Shown here in pieces: positions 12,101 to 27,100 of a DNA stretch of 42,729 bases. The stretch's first letter is position 1, and each line of letters opens with the position of its first letter. A program made the position numbers and the translations under genes. Source of the DNA: Tubiluchus corallicola (Eukaryota; Animalia; Priapulida); NCBI GenBank assembly GCA_030141605.1, contig JAQGDQ010001396.1:1-42729 (forward strand), read 5' to 3'. Below the pieces are notes generated by a model. It had not been told where the DNA came from. It ran no database searches and worked only from the letters and a program-made list of their open reading frames with translations.

Positions 12101-15100
12101 TTACAGATTATTTGTTGTCAAATAATCATATCAATTCCATCATTGTACATAAGTTTGACTTTTCCGATGAAGAAGTAAGTTGACTTAAACTTATATAGAA
12201 GTATGCATACCTGTGTTGAACATGTTTTATTAGTTTCTTGTAATTCCTTCATTTAAATCAACTAGTTTTTGATCTTTTAAATCAACTAGTTGTGATGTTA
12301 AAATTTAAATCAATTTTTGTCTTAAATTGATTGGTTTTATTGCAAAGTCATTTGTTTTGAAAAACGTGTTAAGCAAATATTAATTGGTGAAATGAATCAA
12401 GCTGTATGTTCTCAACAGTTTTTTAATTAACTCTTGTGAGAAGTGGATAGTTAACAGATAAAGAGATTTAGCATAGGAGTAAAATGGGTGACAGTAGAAA
12501 GTGAAAATTAAAACTATATTTTTACAAGAGTGAGAAACGAGCATTTCTTCGATGAAGTTTTTGTTCCTAAAAATTTGGTTTTTATTTTACTTTCAGATAA
12601 TGGCATACTATATTTCTTTTTTAAAGACTTTGTCTCTCAAGCTCAACACTCATACTATACATTTCTTTTATAACGAGGTAAATTACAAATAGCATTTACA
12701 TCTTTGGCTTTATTCCTGTTTTAAACAGTTTGACAAAATTCCCCATTTTGGCCCAAACTGCAAAATTTTGTTTTTTTGTTATAAAAGTAAAGAATGGCAA
12801 ATCAAATAAACATAGTAGCTGTTATCGTGTCTTATGGTGCTAGTGAGTGTATGAATATGTACTGTAGTAACACTTTCTAGATTAATTTCTTAGTGTAAAT
12901 TATAAATTGGTTTACCTTGTAGTTTCTTTGTTTTTGCGAGTAAAATTAAAATTTGCAATTTTACAGCAGTTTTAACAATTTTAAGTGTTATCTAAATTTA
13001 TTTCTCTCCATTTTATGTAATTGTTTATGGTACATGGTTTGGCAAGTGGTACAATGCTAATACATGTCTTTTGTTTGTATTTCACACTTTTAGCACACTA
13101 ATGATTTCCCACTTTACACAGAAGCTATTAAATTTTTCAACCACAGTGAGATTATGGTGAGAAATGCAGTAAGAACACTCACTTTAAACGTTTACAGAGG
13201 TACATAATAGTCATTTATTAACTGGCATGTTTTCTTATAAAGAGTAAGGTGATATGTACAGCATTCATGTATATGCTGTACCTAAATATGGTAATGTACT
13301 CTGATTATTTGTTTTACACCCGATCTCTGCTAAATAAGCAAAATGTCATCAAAAATAAATTCAAAGCATTTAACCACAAACCCCCATATAGTTATTGGCC
13401 ACTGATCACATTTTTTTTGTCAGAATAAAGTCAGTTTTTTGTTAAAAATTCTTACATGTGTAGACGTGGAATTATGTTATAATTTTGTAATTAGTATTTA
13501 TCGATTGTTATTTTTTGTTTTTACTAAAATGTGAATTTACGCTGTAAGAATTGTTTGTTTAGAGTTATTATTTTTGTCCTATAGTTGATGATAAATCCAT
13601 GTTGAAATTTATCAAGGATCGAACGGCAGCTCCGTATTTTTTTAATCTAGTCTGGTTTGTTGGAAGTCATATTATTGAACTGGATATGTGTGTACGAAAT
13701 GATGCCGAGTAAGTTTGTCTTACCACCTGGATTGTTAATATTCTCGTGTTAAGCTAATTAGGTGTTAACTTACAGAATTATAAAGACTTGTCTTTGATCA
13801 GATAATGTGACCTAAGAATTGGTGTTTAGTCGATACTATCAAGAAATAGTCAGTCATTTAATTTCTGATCGTACTTTTTCACTATAAGTTTGCTGTCATT
13901 TAACTTATAAACTAAATAATTGTAACTCTGTGGTCAGTAAATAATTAATCTATTTAAATATTTCTTCTTTTATTATCTTGCAGTCACAATAGCAGGACAC
14001 GGCTGAGTGATTTAGTTGCTGAGCACCTTGATCATCTACACTATGTAAACGATATCTTGTCTCTTGGCATTGAATCACTTAATAATGTTCTGGTTGATCA
14101 TCTACTAAACCGTTTACTAATTCCACTGTACGTGTATTCGCTAACCAAACGACGGAAATATTCAGCTCATCTGGTGAGCCACTTATTTAAATTGATTTTC
14201 AAAAAAAAGATATGATAGTGCACTAGTATGATTATATAATGTCTTATATGATTTATTAAAATTATAGTATTATATAATAATATATTACAAATATTAATGG
14301 TGCTGTCATTGACTACAGAAATGTTATAGAAATTTGTCATTTCTATCAGCTTTTGTAATATTCCATTTTGTAAAACTTGTTTTCTTTTGTTTGGAATTTC
14401 ATTCATGGGAAAAATGACATAAATTTTCAGGACGAGAAACCTCATGTCAACTCTGTCGTGTCCTTGTTTCTTCTCTCTCAGGTAAGCAAATTAAATTTTT
14501 TCAAAAACAGTCAGTATCTGCAATTATAGTTTAGTGTGATGTTTGTTTTATACAATTGAGTTATGTATTTGATTATGATATATTAAATTTCATTTATTAT
14601 TTTTAATATTTGTTAAGAGTAAAGAGTTCACTATGTAGCATGTTGGGTTGAGAGCTTTAAAGCAGATATTCATCCTCAAGAGCAATTTCGGTCATTTTTT
14701 GTTGGTCTTGCTTTGTTCTCTGTCTTGCACGTTTCAATTTCTCTGGTTTTTGCCTTGTCCTCGTACATGCTGGTATCGAACTTGGTATTAGTTTTGAAGC
14801 CTGGTCTCGAAATTTATTCCACTTTGCAGAAAAGTGCAGTTAATTTTATTACTCACTAAGCAAAATTAGTAGGATTTTGTCGAAACCCTAGCTAGCAAAC
14901 TTCTTCGGTAGTTTCTTGAAATTTTTGAGTTTTATGCATGCATGTGGACATAGCTAGGATGTATATGGGCATATGGGCATTGGAAGGTGAATTTGAAATC
15001 GGAACCTTGTATGTTGAAATACACAGAAAAGATTTGGTAAGCACAGTTTAATCATAAAAAAGAAACTTAATTCGTTGTACGGTACCATCAGCTGACACAT

Positions 15101-18100
15101 TAATTTTTAAAAGGTGCACATAGTAAATTTATTCAAATTTCAAATTCAAGCAGCCATATTAATAGCTTTCTTTGAGAATTCCTGCTTTTTAAATTATTCA
15201 TATCATTTACGGTATAATGCATCAAAAAATAATCGCAGAGCTTATGCAAAAACACTTTAAAACAGCTTTAACATCCCTAGAGTTGCTTTCTGTGAGTGTT
15301 AGTTTTAGTCTTGGTATTATCGGGATTATCAAAGTTCTAGCATTGGTCATACTGTTGGTCTTGGTTTTAATTTTGGTCTCACCTACCCTAATCTTGGTCA
15401 CATTCACGAGTTTAAAGTGTTAAGTTTAAATTGCTACACTAATAGAATTGTTCTGGCCTTCTTTAAGCAATGTATTCCGGCGAGTTATATTGGAATTCTT
15501 GATGATGTAAATCGGAATTAGCTGCAATTTGAGATTATGAGACTTTTTTATGAAAAGGATAGCACTTTTGGAAACTACTGTTAGTATGTGGTGTTCTGTA
15601 TGACTACCTGTATGACTGTGATTTAATCCAGGAGTTCTTTGCAGTTCCATTGAGAATTTACTAAAAGGAACCAAGCCCCTTGGGCAGAGAAAAAAATCTC
15701 GTGAAATTTTGTGAGCTTGCACTAATCTAAAGAGCTGTTCATTAAACTGCATTTTCAACTTTTATTTTCTATTTTTTAAATAAGACGATAGAATGTCGCA
15801 GAAAGTGATTATAGGGAAGAAAGCAAGAATTGCCAATATTTGTGGAAGTAGACACACAATGATCAGTACAGTTTTAACAGATTCTTGGTTTTCTGTCATC
15901 TTGTTCCACTTCGTTTTGCTCTTTCAGAATTTTCCTAGTTAAAAATGTTTCTAAATCAAAATATTTATTTAAACAAGGAGGAAATTTTAAAAAAAATTCA
16001 CAAATTCATGTGAATCTATTGGGATCTGTTTAAATTAGTGTTTAACATTTTTACAACTTTTATAAAATTTTCAATTTTTTATTGCAATTAAAGGTATGTG
16101 TTAGAAGATGTTCTATGTCTTCTTTTATGTTATTAGCTGATATTATATAATATCAGACTTTGATATTCCAAATGCTAAGTGAAATCATCCATCTGATTTA
16201 TTCTGCTTGCTAATTGGTTATCTTTTTTGCTATCTTTTAGGTATTTTTGATAACAAGGTATGCACCGCTTGTCCGGCAGCTTGCTGACATAATTTTCAAT
16301 GGCGATATATTTGATGCAAATAGTGATAGTCAACATCCAGAGGTAAGATTGTTTATTTGATAATTTTTTATTGCCAAACTGTTTTTCTTGTACTCATGCA
16401 TTTAAATTTTCAGTTTTACATTTATACTTAAAGTTCTTTGGTTTATTGGAAATTTCACTTTACTGATTCTTATTTTTCTTGCACTCAACTGTACATTTCA
16501 AACAGGCTATTTCACATTCGCAGTTAGTGCAAAAATCCACACCAGGACTTTTGTCATATGTTGAAGTTTCCATTTTGGTGCTAAAGGTCTCTTTGTCAGC
16601 TATAAAGAGTAGTAAGTATAATGTCACATTGTGGTAGCCCGAAGCACCCTTAAGAGCTGACGTATTAGACCATGTAAACATGCTGACATTTAACGAAACG
16701 GACTTAAATGTTTTTGTTTTTCTAGTTGGCAGTCTTTTTCTTAAGGACTGCAGTTCTGTACTGCAGTACAGAATGTAAATTAGGCAAAGTAAAAGCACAA
16801 AGCAAAACTAGCGAGAAGTACTTTTCATAAAATCAGAAGTATTTTAAACTGATGATGACCTTCGGCAGTGGTGAAATGTTTTGTTAACTTGCAAATGTGA
16901 ATACTCTTGTTTCATTTTCAATAATATTTTATAGAACAAAAAGACTGTTATTGTATGGTTATTATTCATTAGAAAATTGAAATTTGAAAGCTGTTTTTGT
17001 AGAATATAGTAATTAATAGAGTGACTGCACCCAAGGGACAGTCAACATGTACATCTATGGATACTTTGCAGTGTTCGTGTGGAATTAGCATATGTGTGCT
17101 TGCAAGCTAAAACCGTCCATAAGTCGGTATAGTTAAAACTACGTTATGATGCTTCAAAGTAGAAAGCACCAAAAATTTTGTCAAAAGTTGATTTTTGTTT
17201 TTTTATGAAAACAAATGTTAAATATATTGGACTTTTATATTCTAGCATCAAATTATCAAGAAAATGTCCAAAAATACTAAAAATACTAATTTTATACCTC
17301 CTTATCCACTTTTCTGTCTAGAAACTAGTACTGCAATTGTAAAAAACTTGTATTTCCTAATCCTAATCCTAAATGATCCTAAAAGGTTAGCTTAAATGAT
17401 CCTCATGAAATGGAGATTCAGGGTATGTGAATAACTAGAAAAGCCTAATTGCCGACTTATGGGCGATTTTGCTATGCATGCACACATATATTGTGCAAAA
17501 GTACTTCTTATGTACACACAATATAGGTGTATGAAACAGCTGCAATATTATATGATAACCTTTCACAGTGCATTGCAGTTTTATCTTTCCAGTAACATTG
17601 TAATATTGTAATGACATTTTGAATTGTTTTAGGGAAGAGCGATTCCCATTCGGCGATTTACCGCTCCTCCGGAAACACTGGCACAATCTTTGGAGAGTAA
17701 TATGCACCAGCTTGAGCAAGAGTTATTACAAAATGAAGAAAGAGATAAACTTCAGGAAAGTGCAACAGAAAACGATGCACTTCAGAGTGATAATGCTACA
17801 ACCGAGCAGACTGCAATTGCAGATGACACGCTAAGTGCAAACGATCAGGGTGCACTTGCAGGTGAAAAATTTCATTGCTATTCTTTCCCTTATCATCTTT
17901 GTTTTTGAAACAAATATGTTTTTTATTTAACTAATTTCTTTGAAATCTGTAGAAAATTGTCAAAGTAAATGTTTAATTTGGATATTGTGGTAACTATCAT
18001 GTCGGTATCATGTGGAATTTCTAAAGCTGTTTCTGTGACTGATTTGCTAACTTAGTTTTACCAATGTTGTCTGTTACTCTCTAAATAATGTGTTATTGCA

Positions 18101-21100
18101 GTTTTACCTTATATATGTTATGCTGATTATCTTTATTCTGTGGCAACTCTATTTTCTTATAGTGTGTTTCTTTGCTTTATATGTTAGTAAAGTTGATTTT
18201 GTAATCATTAGTCAGTATCATTTTTGCAGGAAAAATTTTTTGCATTGTAGTTGAGCTCACCTTTTTCTGATTTTGTTTTCAAGAATATGATGAAAAATCA
18301 GTCTTGGAATTTTGTTGCAAATAAGGTGCTTAATTCAACTCAGCAGTTAACTGCAATGCAGAACTTGGCTTGTAATTTTCAACAGGTCCTAGTACTTACG
18401 AGATCAACCAGTTGAACTGCACTGATGAGGAAAAAGCTCATCATATTCAAGAAGAACAACATGCGGCAGAACAAGCTCAGCAACAATTCTCTCTCACTAA
18501 CAGGTGAGTATGATCTTAATGCATAGTGCGTAGCTATCTGTAAATTTTTATTTGTGTTGAAATTAGTAACTAATTAGAACCAGTGTTACTGGGCTTGTAG
18601 GTGTTATGTGTGTTGATATTTCATTGATTGACAATTGATGAAGATAGCCTCTGGCAGTGATTAGGACATGTCTTTGTAATCAAATAACCCTAAATAGCTC
18701 TTAGTAAAATGTAGATATTCAATCAGGATTATTTAATGCTGACTGAATAAAGCTTTTATTTATTTAGCAACGAAAAAGTGTAAGCTTGGGAAAATTGCGA
18801 CATTATGAAATTAGTATTAAACAAAAGAAATTTAGAAACTGCTTTTTGGGAACTGATATGCCGAAAGAGGGATGTGATCCCTGGAATTTCACCAGATTCA
18901 CTTTACTTGCACTTTGCAGGCCAAATTTTTGGCGTGCATGATAATTATAAGCTTTTATTGCATATTTTACAATGATTACTTTTAATGAAGAACTTGTGTT
19001 TTTGATGTGTTCCCCTTGCATAATGTTAAAGTGATATTAGATCTAAGCTGAACAAAAAGGAATAATATATTGCTAATTGTTACGAGTAGGTAATTATTGT
19101 TTTATCCTCTATGGTGGCACTTATTGCCATCAACATAGTTGTACTTGGTATGTTAGAAGCTCTATCTTTAATAAATATTTTGTTTGACAGACCATATTTG
19201 GAAGCCATTTTTAACTCTCTAGACTGTGCAGAGAATGACTATGAAGCCTTGTTTGCATTGTGTCTTCTGTATGCAATTGGACATAATGATGGTAGTATTG
19301 CTTTATTCATTTATTTTGTTGCTTAAATACAATTTCCTGTTAAGAGACTGTTTATATCAAGCATGTGAAATACTTGTGCGAAAGGGCCAGGTGAATTTTT
19401 TGGATTGAACGTCTTCCTGGAAAATTGCGTAACAACCCTGTGTCACTATCACTGTACAGAAGAATGATGCATTGACAAAAGGTTGTAGTCCCCAAATGAG
19501 TAGTTAGGGAGTATTTTTCCTAATTCGTAGCTTTAAGAAATTTTGAGATAACTGTGATTTTGAATAAGTGCTTTGCACTAAATAATACTGATATTCAGCT
19601 AAACGGACGAAATGCAAAAAAAATTAAATTGAAGGAAAGTTTAGAAGAGCAGTGCTGCTCTTTATAATTGATTAATCAAAGATGTGAAGGAATTTCGTAA
19701 TTTTGCGTGCATACATGTTTCATTCTTACAGTATTAAATATTTATTCTACTTTGTTCAGTGTTTTTCAGTTGTCATTATCACCCTTTGTCATTTTACTAT
19801 TGGCTGTTATTTTGTAATGTGGGAATTGTACAAAAAGGCTTTGTCTTTTGACTACTTACACCGTACTTAATCTAGACAGGGTTCTGTTTTTTCTTCTAAT
19901 ACTTGTCTATTTTTCTTCTTTGTATTGGCATACTTTTTCAGAGGGTATGATGTCTGTTTTGTTGTTGTTCTACATCTACTTTTCTGCTTTTTAGTTGCTA
20001 ACTTTCCAGGATAGTAGTTGATGCTGACATTATATGTGCTGTCACGGCATGTCTCTGTAGTAATTGCATTTCCCTCTTGTTACTTTTTTATTTCAAGCTT
20101 TGACAGAGCCACCAAATGATTTTTTTTGCATCAGTCGACAGCTGTCAAGTTGATGTTAACTATCAGTCATCTGTGTGTACCCATTTAAGTCTCATTGTGT
20201 ATTGTGTAGTTTGTCACAGTTGCTGCACTACCTTGATGCACTAGTTTGTCCCCTTAGTGATTTTTAACTAAATATTTCACACTTTATTAAATGAACTGCT
20301 TATAATTTTTTTCCAATAAAATAGTTTGATTTGCATTGCACCCTTCTTAGCATCTGAGAGTAGGTATAGTGATGTTGAAATATATTGAAATACAGTACTA
20401 TTCTTGAAAGTGTAAATAATTTACTGAAGTTTAATGATCTATAAAAATAAAATATATCAGCGACCGATTGTATAATAGGATGCTCATTTTCCTTATACCA
20501 TTTTGCATTGTTTATCACTTAATAAACTGAAGTAGAATGGTACTTTATATTTATTAGGAATAAAAATCGTATTTTAATGATTTACTTGAAGAGCATATGA
20601 CCATGAAAATAATCAATGTTGTTGTGTTCTTTTGTTATTTTAAATTTTTATGTTCGTTTTTTTTCATATGTTGGTTTTGGGTTTGCTTTCACATATGAAC
20701 TTACATGAACATTGAATGGTAATCTTGGACCAAGTTGAATTCACTTCATTTTGTATTAGTTACCCGGCTTTTTGAATGACCAGTTTTGTAGAATTTATGC
20801 TGTTGCTTTTAGATATTTTCTTGCTTAACAAAAGTCTGTTAACTTCATTTCCAAGTGCATCTTTTCTCTAAGATAAAGACTTAACTATACAGAAAATCCC
20901 AGGACTATTGTCAGCTCTGGTTCTGGATTGTATCTGCAAGACTTATTACATGAAATATAATTTAGTTACTGATAGATAACTATATTTATTTGTGTGAGAG
21001 GAGTTTTTTAAGTTTGTTCACAATTTGAATAACTGTGTAATCAAAACTAAACTTAGTTTTTTTACATTTTCATAGGAATTAATGAAGAACTTTTGGATTC

Positions 21101-24100
21101 TGTGTTAATGCCAACAGACAGATCACTGGTAAGGTTTTAAAAATAATGTGTTGTTGTAATCTGACTGAGCTCAATTACCAAAATTACGTTTCGTTCGCCC
21201 TTGTACATGTATCATCGAACACAATTAGGTAAAAGATGCTTTAACCAATTGAGCATGATACCAACAGACGATAATTCAATTGTACGAGAAAAACAACTAC
21301 TGCTGCTACTGACTGTTAATATTTCATTCATCAAATGTATTTTCATTAAAGCAGGTTCAGTCGGTAATGTTAGTTTTTTGTCTTCGGATTAAAATTCCTT
21401 TGTTTGAAGACTTATCACCTTCATGCATTTCATAACAATTATTAAATACCTGCGTTTGTATAATATATTAAGTTGATCATTACCTGAACTTTGTTTATTT
21501 CAGCTGAAGTATATGTACAATATTCATTTGGTAGAAAGGTTAATCAAGGTGATAACTCTGAGCTGTCAGCATGGTAAGTCTACTCGATCATCTTTTGACA
21601 CGCTTTGTTTTAAGGGCTTATTTTGATTCGCTGACGTAACGTTTTTCTGTTTTTTAAACGAGAAGAAAAGTAAATTTTAAGTATGTCTCAAAAATCTTTC
21701 CATATAAACATATATTAATTAGTATCACTCTTGTCTGTTTGAAAAGTATATGTAACTGAAAAAGAAAATTCTTAATATATTGAAATATTCGTGCCACTTA
21801 GCAAAATGGCACTGCATCGCCATCCCATTGTGCACCACTGGCTCACCAAAATACACATCGTTGATCTTATTGTCAATATAATACTTTATACTACTATATT
21901 TTGTAATACAATACTATATAATACAAAAATAATTTATACTTTGGTTAGTTAACGAACAGTGTGCTGTGAACACTCTGATTATTTTTTCAAGCTTTTTCGC
22001 AATGTTATCTAAACTTATTTCAAACAACTTACTGTCAAAATGCCTGCTCCTAACTGTCATCATGGGAGTTTAAATCCTCAAGTTTTACAGCACATAAAAA
22101 TTCCAGCTGAATTATGTGATTTATGTGATTATTAAAGGATTTTCTTATCCGTTAAGTGCTTTTATGCTTCATTTGAGTTGAGATGGTTTTTATGGACCAG
22201 TGAAATAGTTAAGTTAACACTAACATTTCTTCTTCAATCATAGGGAGTAAGGTGCGTCTTGCAACACTAGAACTTGCAACACTTGTGCTAAAGCAGCTCG
22301 TCTACAAAGAGGATTCTCCCAGTTTTCTTCAAGATGGCCATTTGGCTTGGGTGGAGGCTGCAAGAGAAGAATCCATACTACTTTTGCGGAACTTCTACAA
22401 GGGCGAAGAGATATTCTTAGACATGTTTGAAGATGAATATCAACAGTTGAAGGTATTGCCGTTATTATGATAACAAAGTAATTTATTGCATTGACCATTA
22501 TTCTAGTTTGGTTTGCCTTCTGTTTAATACCAAAAAATTGTTCTCTTTTTTGGGTGCACAATGACATTGTGAAAGAAAGGAAATTTTTAATTATCAACTG
22601 TAGAATTGACAGTCTCTATTCGTGTGTAAATGTACTAAAGTAATTTTCACCTCTGTCAAAAACTGGTGAGAAAGTTGATTGTGCATCCTCGTCTGTTCAT
22701 TTGGGCAGAAGACATCTCAAAATATTGAGAGTGAATATTGAAAAAAATAGCAGAAAGTTAATATGATTTAAGTGGTAATTAAATGGGAACTGGGAGAAAA
22801 AAGCAGTATATCATTATTGACTAAATATGTTCTTCTATGGGACTCTGTGTCACCAAATGGAAATACACCATTCATGTAAAATGAAATAAATTTAAAAATT
22901 TTGTTCCTTGAAACGATCATTGTATTACAATTCACAAAGGTGTATATTGTGTAATACACTATAAACTCATGAAGTGCCCTTCTAGTTGTTATGTCATTGT
23001 TTTGCATTTTTTACAGTTGAGTCCTTTAAATGTGGAATACCTGACAATGGACCACAATATTCTGCTGACACCTACTGGCACGCCCATGACAGGAATTGAG
23101 TTTACCAAGCGTCTGCCATGTGGTGACGTAGAGAGAGCTCGACGGGTAAGCTAGTAAATACATCAAACTTTAGAAACGAATACTGTGTTGGAGTTGTTAT
23201 TAAAGAATTTCTCGCATTTCATTTGCAAAAAATGTAGGAACACCCTAAAAGTGGTAAATATTCCAAGCAAAAGCAATATGAAAATTAAGCTTTTCTGGAC
23301 CTTTCAGTTAATTTGTAGTTTTACTAAGTTATAGCTGTTACTAAGCAAAGTTGTAATACTACTGTTATTCATTAGGCTAAAATAATTGGTATCTGTAATG
23401 TTTTGGCATAAATGCAGGAGTTGTTAAAGTTGTCTTGAATTGATATCATCAAATGCTTGTAATGAATTTATGTGCATTGTAGAAATTGAGCAGACACACT
23501 TTTGTTAGAGGGAAATATGTTTTCAAAATAAATAAATCAGTCCTACAGATGTTAGAATCTGCCGTGCAATTGCCTGTCAGCACCAATTCTATTAAAACGT
23601 ATGTGCTTGTTTCTAGGCAATAAGGGTATTCTTCTTGCTTCGAGACTTGTCACTAACACTGCGACATGAGCCGGAGACACAGCTTCCTCTAACCAAACTC
23701 AATCGCATAATCAAAGTGGATGACGTTCTTGATCTTAGTAAGTAGCTTCACTGTAGTTGTAGATTCTGAGACGAATATAGGAAAACTCAATTGCTGTAGA
23801 CGTTGCAAATTATCTATAGTATGTTTACTCTAAGTATTGCATTTGTTTATAATTAAAAAAATGTGTGTGGCTGTTTGTTATGTTAAGTTAGTTTTTATAG
23901 AATGTGTATATTATAAATCAAAAAGTTTTTCCTTTCCTTGTAGGTAGGCTCTCTAAAACACCTGCTATTTTAGTTGTCTTAGAATTGTACAGTGTACAAG
24001 AAAAAGTTGACTATATTACTGGAAAAGTTAGATTTTTGTATTTGTGTAATATTTGCAATTTTATATTGCAGATAATAGCGATTTAATAGCCTGTACTGTT

Positions 24101-27100
24101 TTGATGAGCGATGGGTAAGTGAGAAATTACTTTGAAATATGGATTAAGTTTCATTAACAATATAGTGATAACCTTTATTTATAATATGAATAATATTGAT
24201 TATTTAAGCTGTCTTTAAAGTCAGTAATAAATGTAAACTAGTAAGGCCTATCTTTGACTGAAGTCAACATATTAAACACCTACAACTTGGATTATTATTA
24301 CTATCATCATCATCATCATCATTATTATTTTTATTATTATTGTTATTATTATTATTATTATCCACATAATACCTTAACAGTTTCATGTTCTTGATCGAAG
24401 AATCAGTGGCACTGTCTCCTAATTCTTTGTTATTACTCTGCTGGGACTCGCATCTGGCTTTCTGAGCTCCTGAAGTCCCAGGTTCTGTTATTGAACCAAA
24501 CTAGTATATTCATTTGTATCAATGACATTTCCATAGATGTTTGTATCATTACCCATAGTTACTACTGTGTTACTTCATGTGTCAAATGGCACTAAAGTAT
24601 CATGAGGTATGACCTGGCAGCAGGCTTGAACCAGCAACCCCCCAATCATATTTCACCTAGTTAACTGGTTTTTTAACTAGCAATATGCAGTCAACTTTGC
24701 GGAAAAATTAGAAATCATTCTTAACTAAGAGTGATTAATTCATGAAAAAAATCCCACAATTAAGAAACAAGGAAAAATATGACATTTCAAACAACTCCTG
24801 CATTTATCTTCAGGTGAAAGAATAAGAAAGAAAAAGGGGAAAAGTCACATATTGTTAGTACTAATTTTTTGGAGAGTTTTAGTACATTATTAAAAGAAAA
24901 ATATGCAATCCCAGAAGAAAACAGAGGCACAGCAAACAAAAACCTCAAGGGAAAACATGGAAATCTACAGTGACTGGCTACAGAATCTTAGACTGAGACA
25001 GAACGGAAACTGTTTTTTCCTTTTTCTTTTTCATTTTTTCTTATTCCTTCACCTGAAGATAAAACACATTGGCAATTTGAAATGAGTATATTTCCTGCTT
25101 CTTGAAATTTAATTTTTTTATTATTTGTGTCATTATTCTTATCATTAATAATTAAATTTGTGTCATGAGTTGCATGAATCTGTGACAACAATGTAGTCAC
25201 TATCTTGCTGTTGAAAGTTGCATCACAAATCATTTTTTCATTAATTTGCTGTTTTAACATAGTTGTCCAGTTGTCCTTGTAATAGTAGTTTCTCCCTTTT
25301 TCTGGTGAACAGTACTGTAAAACTTCTAAATCGTAAGAACAGGTTCAGGCTGCACAGGGCATATGAAAATGTTTGTTAGAAATTATTCAGCTTGTTAAGA
25401 ACGTCTTTCCCCATATAAAATTTTTGTCTTTATTCAAAATACATTGCAGATATTGGGGCTCCATACAGTCTAAGTGATTGTGCATCTGTTCCATCTGTTG
25501 GTGTGATATTTTTTTTGTTTTACTTTTACAATCATTCAAAACTTTGTGTTATAAGCAGGGGCTTTTAAGTAGAGTTTATGGTATTTACATTAACTGCTTC
25601 CTGATTTTTGTATTATTTATAGAGTAATGAATTTTCTGTAATTCACTGCACTGCATGGTGTCTTTGTGTCATCTCAATGACAGTAGTTTGTCCTAAGTAA
25701 AAATCAGGTTTGTACTATAAACAACATGTACAAAGCTTTTGGTTTACTCTTGCCACAAAATAATCCCTGATCTGTGCACACTAAGCTTCATTATTTCAGA
25801 ATTCCAGGTGCGTGTGCTATTAATGTCTAGTGTCAAGTTTATGTGGATTGCCCTGAGCTAATTGCGATGCGGGCAGTGATAAATATTCAGAGCTCTTTGA
25901 AGTTGGTTTTCTGAGATCATTATAATCATATTTGTCAACTACTTTGTTAAAATGCTGTGAAATAGGCTGCCACAGAAAACTTTTTCTCCTACATTAGTGG
26001 TGGATTTGTGATTTACACTTGCCTTTGCGAAAAATGTTTGTTGCCTTAGGGAAGATGTCTGGCTGGCAAAGGTGCTTACCTGCTTTCACTTTTGTAACTT
26101 TTAAAAATAAACCTTGAGAATACGTTTTATAGCTACACTAGTTTTATGATACTCGTAAACAGATGTATGTGATAAATGGATGTTTGTTAAAAGTTAAGAC
26201 CTGTAGTTTAAACCTATTTTTATAGCTTTTTGAATGTTTTTTAGGAATCAACTTTTAGCTGAAGAGTCATCCTCTAAGCAAAACAGACATTTTAAGATTC
26301 AAATAGTTTGTTATTTGTAGTGTGGTCAATATTTTTGGAAAACTTAAGCATACTCTGGCTTCTATTAGTGCAGCTACTGGTAAATAAACTTTTATTAGGA
26401 CATGTATTTTGTGTTTTCGTTGGTTATATACATGTAAAGCAAGTTTGTCTTTTCAGTCAAAAACTTCGACGATTCTTAGCAATTGATCTGGTGCAGATGA
26501 TTCTAGTTGAACCAGACACAAAGAGATTAGGCTGGGGTGTGGCTCGTTTTGTAGGCTTTCTGCAGGTAAGTTTTTATTTATGGATGTTGCTTTTTGTTGT
26601 AGTGTAATGTAATTTATAAATTTAGTGATGGTTTTGTTTTTTAAGCGTGATACTACTAAATAAAATAAACTTAAAAGTATGAGAAGCATTCACTGTGAAC
26701 TGATAAACTGAAATTTAAACTTATTCTGATTTAATTGTGATTTGTCAGTCGGTTGTAAAATATGATGAGAAAGTAAATGTATGAAAGTGTGCAAGCTTAA
26801 ATCTTGACCTTCAAACTCTCTCCACAATGCCTTACAAACATGTTATTATCCTTACAAACATGTTAGTTATTGATTTGGACGTATGTGGCACATATCATGG
26901 TAATATGCCAAATAACACCACATTTATTGATGAACCAGATCAGGAAGTGGTGAAAAGAGGCGATTTTACCTGCATAAAAATGGAAAAATTGGTACAGTAT
27001 AGTCATGGCTGATCAGTTTCGTTGTGGCCATTAACTGAGGGCCTCAGGACAGAACACATACAGAGAGCATTATAACGTACCTACCGATTCTCTGATATAA

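Noticed and set aside
14690-15410. ggtcttg-rich patches and the hydrophobic ORF 15217-15423
   Set aside because: Low-complexity decayed repeat, perhaps a transposon relic. No clear termini, and the ORF is a compositional artefact.
24595-24645. - strand ggttcaagcc...ggtcatacc B-box-like SINE head
   Set aside because: Too degraded; no A box or boundaries could be defined.
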